From assembly GCA_035279065.1 (NCBI GenBank), contig DATEIK010000132.1, positions 1 to 39,324 of the forward strand: a DNA stretch of 39,324 nt, written 5' to 3'. The DNA comes from Sphingomicrobium sp. GTDB lineage: Bacteria > Pseudomonadota > Alphaproteobacteria > Sphingomonadales > Sphingomonadaceae. The position numbers were made by a program, and so were the translations under genes. Below, one piece after another: positions 10,512 through 22,862 of this stretch (within the stretch, counting starts at the first letter, position 1; every line of letters starts with the position of its first letter). The notes beneath the pieces were generated by a model that worked only from the letters and a program-made list of their open reading frames with translations, was not told where the DNA came from and ran no database searches.

Positions 10512-11161
10512 GCGCGCACCGGGAAGGTCCCCATGCCCCTGATCTTGGGGGGAACTGCGGACAAGCGAAAGCCTTCGTCGGGCAGGCTGCCAAGGCCCGT
10601 CATATGCTCGCAGATCGGGATGCCGGCGCCGAGCAGGTGGGTGTGCACGGGCCGCGCGCGGACGTGCATATTGTCGATGTTGCAGCTGTCGATCCCGACC
10701 AGCACAGCACCATTTTCGGCAAGCCAGTCGGCAGCCTCGGCGGTGAGATAGGGATGCTCGCCGAAATAAGCGTCGCTGCGCCAGTTGCGGTCCCAGCCGG
10801 TCTGGACGAGCACCGCCTTGCCCGCGACATCGCGCCCCTCGTAGGCATCGGCGTCGATCGCGAGGCCCTTCTCCCACGGCCGGCGGACCACGATTCCGGG
10901 CACGTCGGCGAGCGACGCGAGTTTCAGTTCAGCGAGGTCGGCGCCGTCGGCGTAGCGGTGGAACGGGCTGTCGAGATAGGTGCCGGTGTTGGCGACCATG
11001 TCGATGCGGCCGATCTGGAAGGTCGAGCCGTCGTCGTAGTTCGCGGCGGTGCTTTCCCGCTCCCAGAAGTCGCAGATGTGCGGCCCCGGCAGACCCTTGT
11101 AGGTGGTCATGCCCTCCTCGATCACGTGGCTGAGGTCGATGATCTCCGTGCGATCCGCCAT
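10493..11161 (-). CDS. Cyclase family protein (KynB-like fold)
   Basis: IIDLSHVI, NTGTYLDSPFH, VLVQTGWD, LVGIDSCNID, VHTHLL..GIPICEHM, AVPPKIRGMGTFPVRA. Start placed at ATG 11161. Confidence 0.85.
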   Translation of the reverse strand: MADRTEIIDLSHVIEEGMTTYKGLPGPHICDFWERESTAANYDDGSTFQIGRIDMVANTGTYLDSPFHRYADGADLAELKLASLADVPGIVVRRPWEKGLAIDADAYEGRDVAGKAVLVQTGWDRNWRSDAYFGEHPYLTAEAADWLAENGAVLVGIDSCNIDNMHVRARPVHTHLLGAGIPICEHMTGLGSLPDEGFRLSAVPPKIRGMGTFPVRAYAVLG

Positions 11162-11388
11162 AATGCGAAGCTCCCGATCAGGATCCAGACGAAGTTGAGC
11201 ACCGTCGATGGCAAGGCGCCGTGCCACCAGCCGTTGATCACGAAGCCGGCGCCGCCAATCACGTTCATCCATTGGTAGGCGCGCGATTGCCCGTCCAGCT
11301 TGCCGGCCGACAGCAACAGGTAGGCGAGCAGGATCAACAAGGCGCCGCCCCAACCCACGACCTCAACGGCGAGCTGGACCGGCGACAC
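11122..11388 (-). CDS. Small 3-TM membrane protein (CBU_0592-like)
   Basis: VGWGGALLILLAYLLLS...YQWMNVIGG...ALPSTVLNFVWILIG; 88 aa, three hydrophobic segments; overlaps both neighbouring genes. Confidence 0.72.
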   Translation of the reverse strand: MSPVQLAVEVVGWGGALLILLAYLLLSAGKLDGQSRAYQWMNVIGGAGFVINGWWHGALPSTVLNFVWILIGSFALWRIARRSSTSAT

Positions 11389-11746
11389 TACCAGCTGGCC
11401 CCGTCCACCTGGCGGACCTCGATTCCCTCGAGAGCCTTAGGGTCGAGCAGCCGCGCGTTGACGCCCATGCGCTCGTATGGCGGGTCGGAGAGCAGCGTCC
11501 AGTGCGTAATGACGCCGCAGTGCCGGCAGCGATGATTGCGCAAGCACGGTTCGCTCATGTCCTCGCGGACATAGCTGTCGAACTCGCCCTCGATATTCAG
11601 CGCATCGGAGGGAAAATAGACGCCCTGGAAGCCGGTCTTCCGGCACATGCTGCAGTTGCAGTGACTGACGTAGTCCGGCGCGCGCGGCAGCGTAATTTGT
11701 GCGCGGCCGCACAGGCAGGAGGCGACGAATCCCGGCGCCTCCTCGT

Positions 11747-11750
<4 letters not shown>
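11388..11750 (-). CDS. GFA (CENP-V/glutathione-dependent formaldehyde-activating) family Zn protein
   Basis: [29 protein letters not shown] start overlaps the acnA stop. Confidence 0.85.
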
Positions 11751-14428
<2,678 letters not shown>

Positions 14429-14547
14429 TGCGGTCCTTTGCGTTGTCGCGGGTGCGGAATGGGGTTCGCACCCTTGAAGATGGGGGCGAGTTCGGCCTTA
14501 GCAACCGCCACGGCGGGCGGCAAACCGCGGCCCGCTCGGATCCGGCC

Positions 14548-15525
14548 TCAGATCCAGCCGCGGCGCTTGAAGTAGAGGTAGGGCAGGATCATGCTCGCGA
14601 GCATCACGATCAGCGACGCGGGATAGCCCCAGGTCCAATCGAGCTCGGGCATGTGGTGGAAGTTCATGCCGAAGATTCCCGCGACCAGCGTCGGCGGCAG
14701 GAACACGACCGCAGCCCAGGAGAAAAGCTTCATCGCCGCATTCTGCTCGATGCTGATGAGGCCGAGGCTCGCGTCGAGCAGGAAGGTCAAATTGTCGCTG
14801 AGGAAGCTCGAATGCTCGCTCAAGGACATGATGTCGGTCGTCAGGCTGGTCAGGTGATTGCGAGCGTCCACCTCGGCCGGGTCGTGCAACCGGTTTGATC
14901 CGCCGAGAAAGTTCAGCATGCGGTTGGTGCTGACCGCCGAATAGCGGACCTTGGCGAGCAGGGTCTGCGCGCGGCCGATGCGGGTCAGCAGCGCAGTCAG
15001 CCGCGTCGCGGGGATCCGCCGCGCCTCGAGATCGCGCGCGAAGATATGCGACGAAATCGCCTCGATCTCCGTCGCGGTGTTCTCGAGCTCGTCGGCGAGC
15101 CGGTCGATGATCGCGTCGAGCAGCCGAATGAGGACGGTCGTCGCGTCGCGCGCCAGGTCGGGCTCGCGGCGCACATGGTCTGAGAACGCCAGCACCGGCT
15201 TGGGCGTCGCGTAGCGGACGGTCACCAGCCGGTCCTTGGCGAGGACGAAGCCGACCGGCGTGGTCGAAGGCTCGCCGTCGACGACGCCGAACAGCACGCT
15301 GACGGTCATGAACAAGACCCCGTCGCGCTCGTAGAGCCGGCTCGACGGCTCGATCTCCGACATCTCCTGCTGGGTCGGCACGTTGAGCCCGATGCACTGC
15401 TCGACGAGCTTCTCTTCCTCTCTCGTCGGTTCCTCAAGGTCGATCCACGTCGCATGGTCCGGGATCTTTTCGATCTTCGGGTCGACGACGCTTCCGTCGC
15501 AGCCGGGGCCGTAGGTGCGCAGCAT
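14548..15525 (-). CDS. corA: CorA family Mg2+/Co2+ transporter
   Basis: WIDLEEPT, EIEPSSRLY, PPTLVAGIFGMNF..MPEL.W..GYP. Confidence 0.92.
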   Translation of the reverse strand: MLRTYGPGCDGSVVDPKIEKIPDHATWIDLEEPTREEEKLVEQCIGLNVPTQQEMSEIEPSSRLYERDGVLFMTVSVLFGVVDGEPSTTPVGFVLAKDRLVTVRYATPKPVLAFSDHVRREPDLARDATTVLIRLLDAIIDRLADELENTATEIEAISSHIFARDLEARRIPATRLTALLTRIGRAQTLLAKVRYSAVSTNRMLNFLGGSNRLHDPAEVDARNHLTSLTTDIMSLSEHSSFLSDNLTFLLDASLGLISIEQNAAMKLFSWAAVVFLPPTLVAGIFGMNFHHMPELDWTWGYPASLIVMLASMILPYLYFKRRGWI

Positions 15526-15592
15526 GGGCGCGTCATGTCCGATGAACGGCGGCGCTTTGCAAGCCGCTTGGCTCTGCTAAGTCTTGCAGCGA

Positions 15593-16153
15593 ATGACCTC
15601 GCGCCCCCGCGCCGCGCTCGCGGCGATCCTGATCCTCCTTGCCGCCGCCGTCATCCTGCTGGCGATGGGCCGCAACCCGATCTGTACCTGCGGCACGATC
15701 GACCTCTGGGTCGGCCAGCGCGACAGCCCGAAGACCAGCCAGATGCTCGCCGACTGGTACAGCCTCAGCCATATCGTACACGGCCTGCTGTTCTACGCGG
15801 CGCTGTGGCTGGTGGCGCGGCGCTGGCCGGTCGAATGGCGCTTCCTCATCGCCCTTCTCGTCGAAAGCGCTTGGGAAGTGACCGAGAACACGCCCTTCGT
15901 GATCGACCGCTACCGCGAGACGACCGCCGCCCTCGGGTACACGGGTGACAGCGTCATCAACTCGCTGTCCGACATATTGATGATGTGCGTCGGCTTCCTC
16001 GCCGCGCGCAAGCTGCCGGCCTGGGCCGCCATCGTGCTGCTGATCGTGCTGGAAGTCGTCCCGCTGTTCGTCATCCGCGACAATCTCGCGCTCAACATCT
16101 GGAACCTGCTCGCGCCCAACCCGGCGGTCGCGGCGTGGCAGGCGGGGCACTAA
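15593..16153 (+). CDS. DUF2585 (UPF0314) family membrane protein
   Basis: MGRNPICTCG, SQMLADWYSLSHIVHG, WEVTENTPFVIDRYR, YTGDSVINS, IRDNLALNI. Confidence 0.82.
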   Translation: MTSRPRAALAAILILLAAAVILLAMGRNPICTCGTIDLWVGQRDSPKTSQMLADWYSLSHIVHGLLFYAALWLVARRWPVEWRFLIALLVESAWEVTENTPFVIDRYRETTAALGYTGDSVINSLSDILMMCVGFLAARKLPAWAAIVLLIVLEVVPLFVIRDNLALNIWNLLAPNPAVAAWQAGH

Positions 16154-16179
16154 ACCCGCGCCAAAACATTGATGCGGCC

Positions 16180-16692
16180 ATGAGATGGATCGCCTGCGCG
16201 GTGTTGCTCGCCGTGGTTCCCAGCGTTGCCCAGGCCGGTGAAGCGTTCGGCGGCCTCTATGTCCATGACGTCAAGACCCCGCTCGACAAGAGCGGGATCG
16301 AGGGCGGCGCCGATGTCCAGATCGGCTATCGCGGCGGACGCATCGGCCACACGCCGCTGCAGCCCTATGTTTTCGGCGCGCTCAACACCGCCGGCAATAC
16401 CAGCTACGCCGCCGTTGGCCTGTCGGCCAAGTTCGGCAATTCGCTCTACATCCGCCCGGGACTCGGCATCGCCGTGCACACGGGGTCGGCGGAGAAGTTC
16501 CAGGACCCGACCAACGACAAGATCGACTTCGGCAGCCGCGTGCTGTTCGAGCCCGAGCTCGGCATCGGCACCCAGGTCAACAGCCGGCTCAGCGTCGAGG
16601 CGAGCTGGGTGCACATGAGCCACGCGCAGCTGTTCGGCCGCCAGAACCCCGGCATCGACAATTTCGGAGTGCGGCTGAACCTCGGGTTGTGA
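16180..16692 (+). CDS. PagL/acyloxyacyl-hydrolase-like outer-membrane beta-barrel
   Basis: Signal peptide ending AQA, FGSRVLFEPELG, catalytic-type WVHMSHA, NPGID, terminal beta strand. Confidence 0.78.
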   Translation: MRWIACAVLLAVVPSVAQAGEAFGGLYVHDVKTPLDKSGIEGGADVQIGYRGGRIGHTPLQPYVFGALNTAGNTSYAAVGLSAKFGNSLYIRPGLGIAVHTGSAEKFQDPTNDKIDFGSRVLFEPELGIGTQVNSRLSVEASWVHMSHAQLFGRQNPGIDNFGVRLNLGL

Positions 16693-16694
16693 CT

Positions 16695-16833
16695 CTATCC
16701 CTCCCTGAAAGGGAGGGAATTGAAGGGTGGGTGCGAGCGAGCGGGCTCAATGCCCGCGAGAGAGCTTCTGCAGCCGCATCGAGCGGCTTCCGAAGCTACC
16801 CACCCCGTGGCCCCTCCCTTCCAGGGAGGGGAA
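16695..16833. repeat. ~139-bp palindromic four-hairpin intergenic element, copy B
   Basis: Inverted, diverged copy of 9641-9775; fills the gap between the convergent PagL-like gene and fumC. Confidence 0.88.
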
Positions 16834-18228
16834 TTAGCGCCCGACCATATCCTCGGCTTTGACCACGCGGTCGAAGGTCGCCTCGTCGACCAGCCCGAGC
16901 TCGAGCCCGGCTTCCTTCAGCGTCTGCCCGGTCTTGTGCGCGTGCTTGGCGATGGTCGCGGCATTGTCGTAGCCGATCTCGGGCGCGAGCGCGGTCACCA
17001 GCATCAGCGAGCGGTTCATCAGCTCGGCGATGCGTTTTTCGTCAGGCTCGGCGCCGTCGAGCATCCTCGCCGTGAAGCTCTCCATGCCGGTGCTCAGCAG
17101 GTTGATCGAGCGGATGACGTTGGCGCCGATCAGCGGCTTGAACACGTTGAGCTCGAGGTGCCCCTGAAGCCCGCCGACGGTGACCGCCACGTTGTTTCCC
17201 ATCACCTGCGCCGCGACCATGGTCAGCATCTCTGCCTGGGTCGGGTTGACCTTGCCCGGCATGATCGAGCTGCCCGGCTCGTTCTCCGGAAGCTTCAATT
17301 CGCCGATCCCGCAGCGCGGGCCCGAGCCCATCAGCCGGATGTCGTTGGCGATCTTGGTGAGCGCGACGGCGATGACGTTGAGCACGCCCGACAGCTCGAC
17401 CAAAGTGTCGTGCGCGCCCATCTCGGCGAACTTGTTCGGCGCGGAGGTGAACGGCAGCCGCGTCAGCTTGGCGACTTCGCTCGCGAACTCGTCGCCGAAG
17501 CCCTTGGGCGCATTGAGCCCGGTGCCCACGGCCGTGCCGCCCTGGGCAAGCCGGAGCAGGCGCGGCATCACGTCCTTCACCCGCGCGATGCAGTCCGCGA
17601 CCTGCGCCGCGTAGCCGGAAAATTCCTGGCCGAGGGTCAGAGGAGTCGCGTCCTGGAGGTGCGTCCGGCCGATCTTGACGATTCGATCCCACTGCGCCGC
17701 CTGGTCGGCGAGGCGCGCGTGCATCATCTCCAGGGCGGGGAGCAGCCGGTTGTGGACGGCGCGCGCCGCGGCGATATGCATCGCGGTCGGAAAGCTGTCG
17801 TTGGATGACTGGCTCTTGTTGACATGGTCGTTGGGATGAACCGGCTCCTTGCCCCCGCGCTTGCCGGTCAGGATCTCGTTGGCGCGCCCGGCGATCACCT
17901 CGTTGGCGTTCATGTTTGACTGGGTCCCTGATCCGGTCTGCCAGATGACCAGCGGGAACTGGCTGTCGAGGTCGCCGCGCGCGACTTCGCCGGCGGCCTG
18001 CTGGATGACTTCCGCGAGCCTGGGGTCGAGCCCGGCGATCCGCGCGTTAACCCTTGCCGCGGCCTGCTTGATGAAGCCCAGCGCATGGACGATCTCGAGC
18101 GGCATCTGCTCGCGCGGGCCGAACGGGAAATTCTCGATCGAGCGCTCGGTCTGAGCGCCCCAGTAAGCGCCGGCCGGGACGTCGATCGGCCCGAAGCTGT
18201 CGCTTTCGGTGCGGGTGTCGTTGGGCAT
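16834..18228 (-). CDS. fumC: Class II fumarate hydratase
   Basis: [46 protein letters not shown]. Start placed at ATG 18228 with SD GAGGAAGG. Confidence 0.96.
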   Translation of the reverse strand: MPNDTRTESDSFGPIDVPAGAYWGAQTERSIENFPFGPREQMPLEIVHALGFIKQAAARVNARIAGLDPRLAEVIQQAAGEVARGDLDSQFPLVIWQTGSGTQSNMNANEVIAGRANEILTGKRGGKEPVHPNDHVNKSQSSNDSFPTAMHIAAARAVHNRLLPALEMMHARLADQAAQWDRIVKIGRTHLQDATPLTLGQEFSGYAAQVADCIARVKDVMPRLLRLAQGGTAVGTGLNAPKGFGDEFASEVAKLTRLPFTSAPNKFAEMGAHDTLVELSGVLNVIAVALTKIANDIRLMGSGPRCGIGELKLPENEPGSSIMPGKVNPTQAEMLTMVAAQVMGNNVAVTVGGLQGHLELNVFKPLIGANVIRSINLLSTGMESFTARMLDGAEPDEKRIAELMNRSLMLVTALAPEIGYDNAATIAKHAHKTGQTLKEAGLELGLVDEATFDRVVKAEDMVGR

Positions 18229-18240
18229 TGCGCCTTCCTC

Positions 18241-18325
18241 GTCATTCCCGCGAAAGCGGGAATCCATCTTCTTTGTGTGACTGGCGCTTTAGGGCAGGTG
18301 GACCCCGGATCAAGTCCGGGGTGAC
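18241..18325. repeat. REP-like doublet with two dissimilar hairpin arms
   Basis: GTCATTCCCGCGAAAGCGGGAATCCA (18241-18266) and inverted TGGACCCCGGATCAAGTCCGGGGTGAC (18299-18325). Confidence 0.82.
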
Positions 18326-18338
18326 GGCCTGAGGGCCG

Positions 18339-18821
18339 TCACTTCTTCCGGGTAAAGTCCACGCTGACGACGTTGGACCCATCATCGGCGCCTTCGGCTT
18401 TGGGGGCGTCGTTCTCGGCTTCCTCATGCTCCTCGAGCGGTTCCTCGACAGCATTGGCCTGGAAGGTCAGCGCAAACTCGACCGCGGGGTCGTGGAACTG
18501 GGTGACCGCGGCGAACGGCACGTGCAGCGTCGCCGGGACTCCGCCGAACGACAGGGCGACGGTGAAATCGTCCTCCTCGACCTTCAAATCCCAGAAGCGG
18601 TGCTGGATGACGATCGTCATGTCGTCCGGAAAACGCTCCATCAAATGCTTGGGAATCGAAACGCCCGGCGCGCGAGTCTTGAAGGTGATGTAGAAATGGT
18701 GGTCGCCGGGCAGCCCGCCCGACCGCTCGACCTCGCCGAGGACGCGCCCGACCACCGCCCGCAGCGCATCCTGCACGATCTCGTCGTACGGGATCAGGCT
18801 TTCCGGGGTCTCGTCGCTCAT
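18339..18821 (-). CDS. sspB: ClpXP adaptor SspB (alphaproteobacterial type)
   Basis: YDEIVQDALRAVV, LPGDHHFYITF, TIVIQHRFWDL, LSFGGVP, acidic tail ending NVVSVDFTRKK. Confidence 0.9.
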   Translation of the reverse strand: MSDETPESLIPYDEIVQDALRAVVGRVLGEVERSGGLPGDHHFYITFKTRAPGVSIPKHLMERFPDDMTIVIQHRFWDLKVEEDDFTVALSFGGVPATLHVPFAAVTQFHDPAVEFALTFQANAVEEPLEEHEEAENDAPKAEGADDGSNVVSVDFTRKK

Positions 18822-18877
18822 AGATTTCAAGGTGGTAGCGAGCGCCGCTCCCCGGTCAAGCGAGTCCGTACTCGCGC

Positions 18878-19621
18878 TTAACCGAGTCGTGACAGGTTGG
18901 GCGCAAATGCGCGGCCAACGCTGAGCTCGGTGCCGTCGGCCAGCCTCACGACGCGGTCGCCGTTCGTTCCGGCAATCGTCGCGATCCGGTCGCGGTTGAT
19001 CAGGAAGCGGCGGTGGATGCGCACGAAGCCGCGGCCCCTGAGCGCCTGCTCGGCATCGCGCATCGTCATCCGCCGCATCACCGTGCGGCCGCCGACATGC
19101 AGCTCGACATAATTGTCCGCCGCCTCGATCCAGTCGATCGCCTTGGCGATGGTCCCCAGCTCGACCGTCGCCGGGTTGACCGGCCGGCGCAGCACCGCCC
19201 TGCGCGTCAGGGTGATCAGCAGTACGCTGACCCCGATCGCCGGGAGCCGCCGCATGACCAGCAGCCCGAACCGGTCGGTCACGTCCCCGACGCAGAAATC
19301 GACCAGATATTCGAGGCTGATCGAGAATGCGGCGATGGCGAGGACCAGCGCGGCGAGCGTCGCCGGCCGCCGCGTCGCTTCGAGGCCCTGCGGCTCCTTC
19401 GACCATTCGAACAGCGCAAACCACGGCACCACGGCGATCGCCGACCAGGTCAGGCTGCCCGACCATGAACCGGCTTCCTGGCCGGTGAGGAAATATTGAT
19501 AACCGTGGCAATAGCTCGCGCCGGCCAGCCAAACGGCGAGCCCGCAGATCACCAGCGCGCCGCCCCGGATCGGTTCAAAGAAGAAGCGTCCAAGACTCAG
19601 CGGGGGTGCGATCGTCGCCAT
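18878..19621 (-). CDS. Membrane-anchored LytTR DNA-binding protein
   Basis: About four N-terminal hydrophobic segments; C-terminal IDWIEAADNYVELH...FVRIHRRFLIN LytTR domain; no receiver domain. Confidence 0.82.
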   Translation of the reverse strand: MATIAPPLSLGRFFFEPIRGGALVICGLAVWLAGASYCHGYQYFLTGQEAGSWSGSLTWSAIAVVPWFALFEWSKEPQGLEATRRPATLAALVLAIAAFSISLEYLVDFCVGDVTDRFGLLVMRRLPAIGVSVLLITLTRRAVLRRPVNPATVELGTIAKAIDWIEAADNYVELHVGGRTVMRRMTMRDAEQALRGRGFVRIHRRFLINRDRIATIAGTNGDRVVRLADGTELSVGRAFAPNLSRLG

Positions 19622-19696
19622 GGCCGGAAATTACGCCTCGCGACAGGTTCGCACAATTGCCTTGACCGCCCGCTCGTCGAAGCCACAGTCGGGTTC

Positions 19697-20074
19697 ATGC
19701 CCATCGACGCGACCGAACCGTATGACGACAGCAACATCTTCGCCCGGATCCTGCGCGGCGAGATCCCGTCGAAGACGGTCTATGAGGACGAGCACGCGCT
19801 CGCCTTCCACGACATCAACCCCCTGTCGCCGACCCACATCCTGGTGATCCCCAAGGGCCCTTATGTCTCGTGGGACGATTTTTCGGCCAAGGCCTCGGAT
19901 GCCGAGATCGCGGGCTTCGTCCGCGCGGTCGGCAAGGTCGCCCGCGACTCAGGGCTGGTCGAGCCCGGCTATCGCCTGCTCGCCAATGCCGGGTTGGACT
20001 CGGGACAGGAAGTGCCGCACCTGCACGTCCATATTTTCGGCGGACGGCCGCTGGGGCCGATGCTCGCCCGCTAA
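19697..20074 (+). CDS. hinT: Histidine triad (HIT) nucleotide-binding protein
   Basis: NIFARILRGEIP, AFHDINP, HILVIPK, GQEVPHLHVHI. Confidence 0.9.
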   Translation: MPIDATEPYDDSNIFARILRGEIPSKTVYEDEHALAFHDINPLSPTHILVIPKGPYVSWDDFSAKASDAEIAGFVRAVGKVARDSGLVEPGYRLLANAGLDSGQEVPHLHVHIFGGRPLGPMLAR

Positions 20075-20140
20075 GGGGATTGCCCTCGCGGATTGAGCCG
20101 CTAGGCTCCGGCCACGCAATTTTTCGGTAGGGGAGTAAAG

Positions 20141-21733
20141 ATGGCGACTGCAGCTCCACGGCGGAGCCTGCTCGGGCGCATGGGTTTGCGCAAGAGCGTG
20201 GCGCAGGTTCAGGAAGAAACGCGCACCAGCGAGCTCAAGCGCTCGCTCGGCCCGTGGAACCTGGTCTTCCTCGGCATCGGCTGCATCATCGGCGCCGGCA
20301 TCTTCGTCCGCACCGGCAACGCCGCGGCGCTTCACGCCGGCCCCGCGGTCCTTATCTCCTACGTCATCGCCGGCATCGTCTGCGGCTTTGCGGGTCTGTG
20401 TTACGCCGAGCTCGCCTCGACGCTTCCCGTTTCCGGCTCCGCTTACACCTACAGTTACACGACCATCGGCGAGTTCGCCGCCTGGGTCATGGGCGCGTTA
20501 CTGCTGCTCGAATACGGTCTTGCCGCCTCGGTCGTCGCGGTCGGCTGGTCCGGCTATATGGTCAGTCTGCTGAAAGACATCGGGATCTTCATTCCCGACA
20601 TCCTGACCGGGCCGACGGGCCACCATCTCCAGAAGGACGGGGTCGACGTGCTCGTCAACGGCGCGCCGGTCGTGTTCCTGTTCAACCTGCCCGCCTTCCT
20701 GGTGTGCGCCGCGCTTGCCATCCTGCTGGTCATCGGCGTCTCGGAATCGGCCAAGTTCAATAACGCCATTGTCGCGATCAAGGTGACGGTGCTCACCGCC
20801 TTCATCATCGTCGGCGCCTTCATCCTCCTGAAGAACCTGCCGGCCTACACCCACAATTGGGATCCGTTCATTCCGCCGCCGACCGGCGCCAAGGGCGAGT
20901 TCGGCTGGAGCGGAATCCTCCGCGCCGCGTCGATCGTCTTCTTCGCCTATATCGGGTTCGAAGCGGTCTCGACCGCGGGGCAGGAGGCCAAGAACCCGGG
21001 CAAGGACATGCCGTTCGGAATCATCGGCTCGCTGCTTGCCTGCACCGTCATCTACATCCTGGTGTCGATCGTCCTGACGATGATCGTCAGCTACAAGTCG
21101 CTGAACGTGCCGGACCCCGTCGCCGTCGCGGTCGATGCCTTCGGCCCGCAATGGGGCTGGTTCGCCAAGACCATCAAGGTCGGCGCGATCATCGGCCTCA
21201 CCTCGGTCATCCTGGTGCTGATGTACGGCCAGACGCGCATCTTCTACACCATGGCCCGCGACGGCCTGCTGCCGAAGGTGTTCGCCCGCGTGCACCAGAC
21301 CTTCCGCACGCCCTACATCAACACCATCGTCGTCGGGCTGCTGGTCGCTTGCGCCGCCGGCTTCTTCGACATCAACACGCTGGGCGACATGACCTCGGTC
21401 GGCACGCTCGCCGCGTTCGGCATCGTCTGCCTGACGGTGATCTGGCTGCGGCGCACCCACCCGGATATTCCGCGCGGCTATCGCGTGCCGCTCTACCCGG
21501 TGCTTCCGGCGCTCGGCATCGTCAGCTGCTTTGCCCTCATCTTCACGGTCGAGACGCGGGTGCTGGTGTTCTTCGCCTGGTACACGGTCGCCGCCATCAT
21601 CCTCTATTTCGCCTACGGGATGCACAATTCGGAGCTCGCAAAGGGGCATCAGGCCCCGGCGACGGGCGAACCGGCCTACTTCCCCGAGGACGAGCCGCGC
21701 GACGACAGCGGCCAGCCGACGCTTCGGCCCTAG
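20141..21733 (+). CDS. APC superfamily amino acid permease
   Basis: LGIGCIIGAGIF, YAELASTLPVSGSAYTY, FFAYIGFE, RIFYTMARDGLLP; many TM segments; SD GGGGAG. Confidence 0.92.
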   Translation: MATAAPRRSLLGRMGLRKSVAQVQEETRTSELKRSLGPWNLVFLGIGCIIGAGIFVRTGNAAALHAGPAVLISYVIAGIVCGFAGLCYAELASTLPVSGSAYTYSYTTIGEFAAWVMGALLLLEYGLAASVVAVGWSGYMVSLLKDIGIFIPDILTGPTGHHLQKDGVDVLVNGAPVVFLFNLPAFLVCAALAILLVIGVSESAKFNNAIVAIKVTVLTAFIIVGAFILLKNLPAYTHNWDPFIPPPTGAKGEFGWSGILRAASIVFFAYIGFEAVSTAGQEAKNPGKDMPFGIIGSLLACTVIYILVSIVLTMIVSYKSLNVPDPVAVAVDAFGPQWGWFAKTIKVGAIIGLTSVILVLMYGQTRIFYTMARDGLLPKVFARVHQTFRTPYINTIVVGLLVACAAGFFDINTLGDMTSVGTLAAFGIVCLTVIWLRRTHPDIPRGYRVPLYPVLPALGIVSCFALIFTVETRVLVFFAWYTVAAIILYFAYGMHNSELAKGHQAPATGEPAYFPEDEPRDDSGQPTLRP

Positions 21734-22725
21734 GCGAGCAGCTCTCCGGCCAGCGCCCTGAGGTTCGCCTCGGGGCGCGCGCCATAATGCTGGATCACTT
21801 CGGCGGCGCAGATCGCGCCGAGCCGCAGAGCGCGCTCGAGGCCCAGGCCCTGAGCTTCCCCGGCGAGGAACCCGGCGGCGAACAAGTCCCCCGCCCCCGT
21901 GGTGTCGACCAGCGCCCTGATCGGTTCGGCCGGAACTTCGGCGCGCTCGTCGCCGCGCGTCGCCAGCGCGCCATGCTCGTGCCGGGTGACGACCAGCGTC
22001 TCCACTTTGTCGCGAAGTGTCGCCACCGCTGCCTCGACGTCCGCTACCTGCGCGAGCGATTCCGCCTCCACCTGGTTGGCGAACAATATGTCGATCCGCC
22101 GCTCGTCGAGCAGTGCCATCAGATCGGCCCGGTGGCGATCGACGACGAAGCCGTCGGATAGCGTGAAGGCGACCTTGGCCCCCGCGTCGCGCGCGGCGTC
22201 CATGGCCTTCATCATCGCCCCGCGCGGGCCCTCTGGATCCCACAAATAACCTTCGAGGTAGAGGATCTTCGCCCTGGCAATCTCGGCCGGGTCGACCGCG
22301 GCCGGCTCGAGCATCTGCGCCGCGCCGAGGAAGGTGTTCATCGTCCGCTGGGCGTCGGGCGTGACGAGGATCAGGCAGGTGCCCGTTGCCCCGATCCCGT
22401 CCCGCGGCGGCGTCGCGAACTCGACGCCGAGGCTGCGGATGTCATGCGCGAAAATCTGTCCGAGCTGGTCGTCGCCGAGCTGGCCGATGAAGCCGGCCGC
22501 GAGCCCGAGCGACGCCAATCCCGCGACGGTGTTCGCCGCCGAACCGCCGCTCGCTTCCCGCCCCGGCCCCATCGCCTCGTACAGCCATGCCGCCTGCGTC
22601 TCGTCGATCAGCCGCATCGCGCCCTTGTGCATGCCATGCGCGGCAAGGAAGGCGTCGTCGGCATCGGCAATCACGTCGACGATCGCGTTGCCGATGGCGA
22701 GCACGTCGAGGCGGCGGTCGGTCAT
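21730..22725 (-). CDS. PfkB family kinase (adenosine kinase-like)
   Basis: GNAIVD, SGGSAANT, QRTMNTFLGA, YLEGYLWD, DTTGAGDLFAAGF. Confidence 0.88.
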   Translation of the reverse strand: MTDRRLDVLAIGNAIVDVIADADDAFLAAHGMHKGAMRLIDETQAAWLYEAMGPGREASGGSAANTVAGLASLGLAAGFIGQLGDDQLGQIFAHDIRSLGVEFATPPRDGIGATGTCLILVTPDAQRTMNTFLGAAQMLEPAAVDPAEIARAKILYLEGYLWDPEGPRGAMMKAMDAARDAGAKVAFTLSDGFVVDRHRADLMALLDERRIDILFANQVEAESLAQVADVEAAVATLRDKVETLVVTRHEHGALATRGDERAEVPAEPIRALVDTTGAGDLFAAGFLAGEAQGLGLERALRLGAICAAEVIQHYGARPEANLRALAGELLA

Positions 22726-22784
22726 TCAGGTCTCCGGGAAGCGGGAAAGCGCGCGCCTAGCGGGCGCTGTCCGTTCACACAATC

Positions 22785-22851
22785 GTCATCGCGAGGAGCC
22801 GAAGGCGACGTGGCGATCCAGGCTGGATTGCCACGCTTCGCTCGCAATGAC
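22785..22851. repeat. REP-like inverted doublet
   Basis: GTCATCGCGAGGAGCCGAAGGCGACGTGGCGATCCA-ggc-TGGATTGCCACGCTTCGCTCGCAATGAC. Confidence 0.8.
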
Positions 22852-22862
22852 AGGAAAGGTGC

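Noticed and set aside
18228-18267. ORF-track N-terminal extension of FumC ([13 protein letters not shown])
   Set aside because: It is largely a translation of the REP arm; the SD and the conserved N-terminus support ATG 18228.
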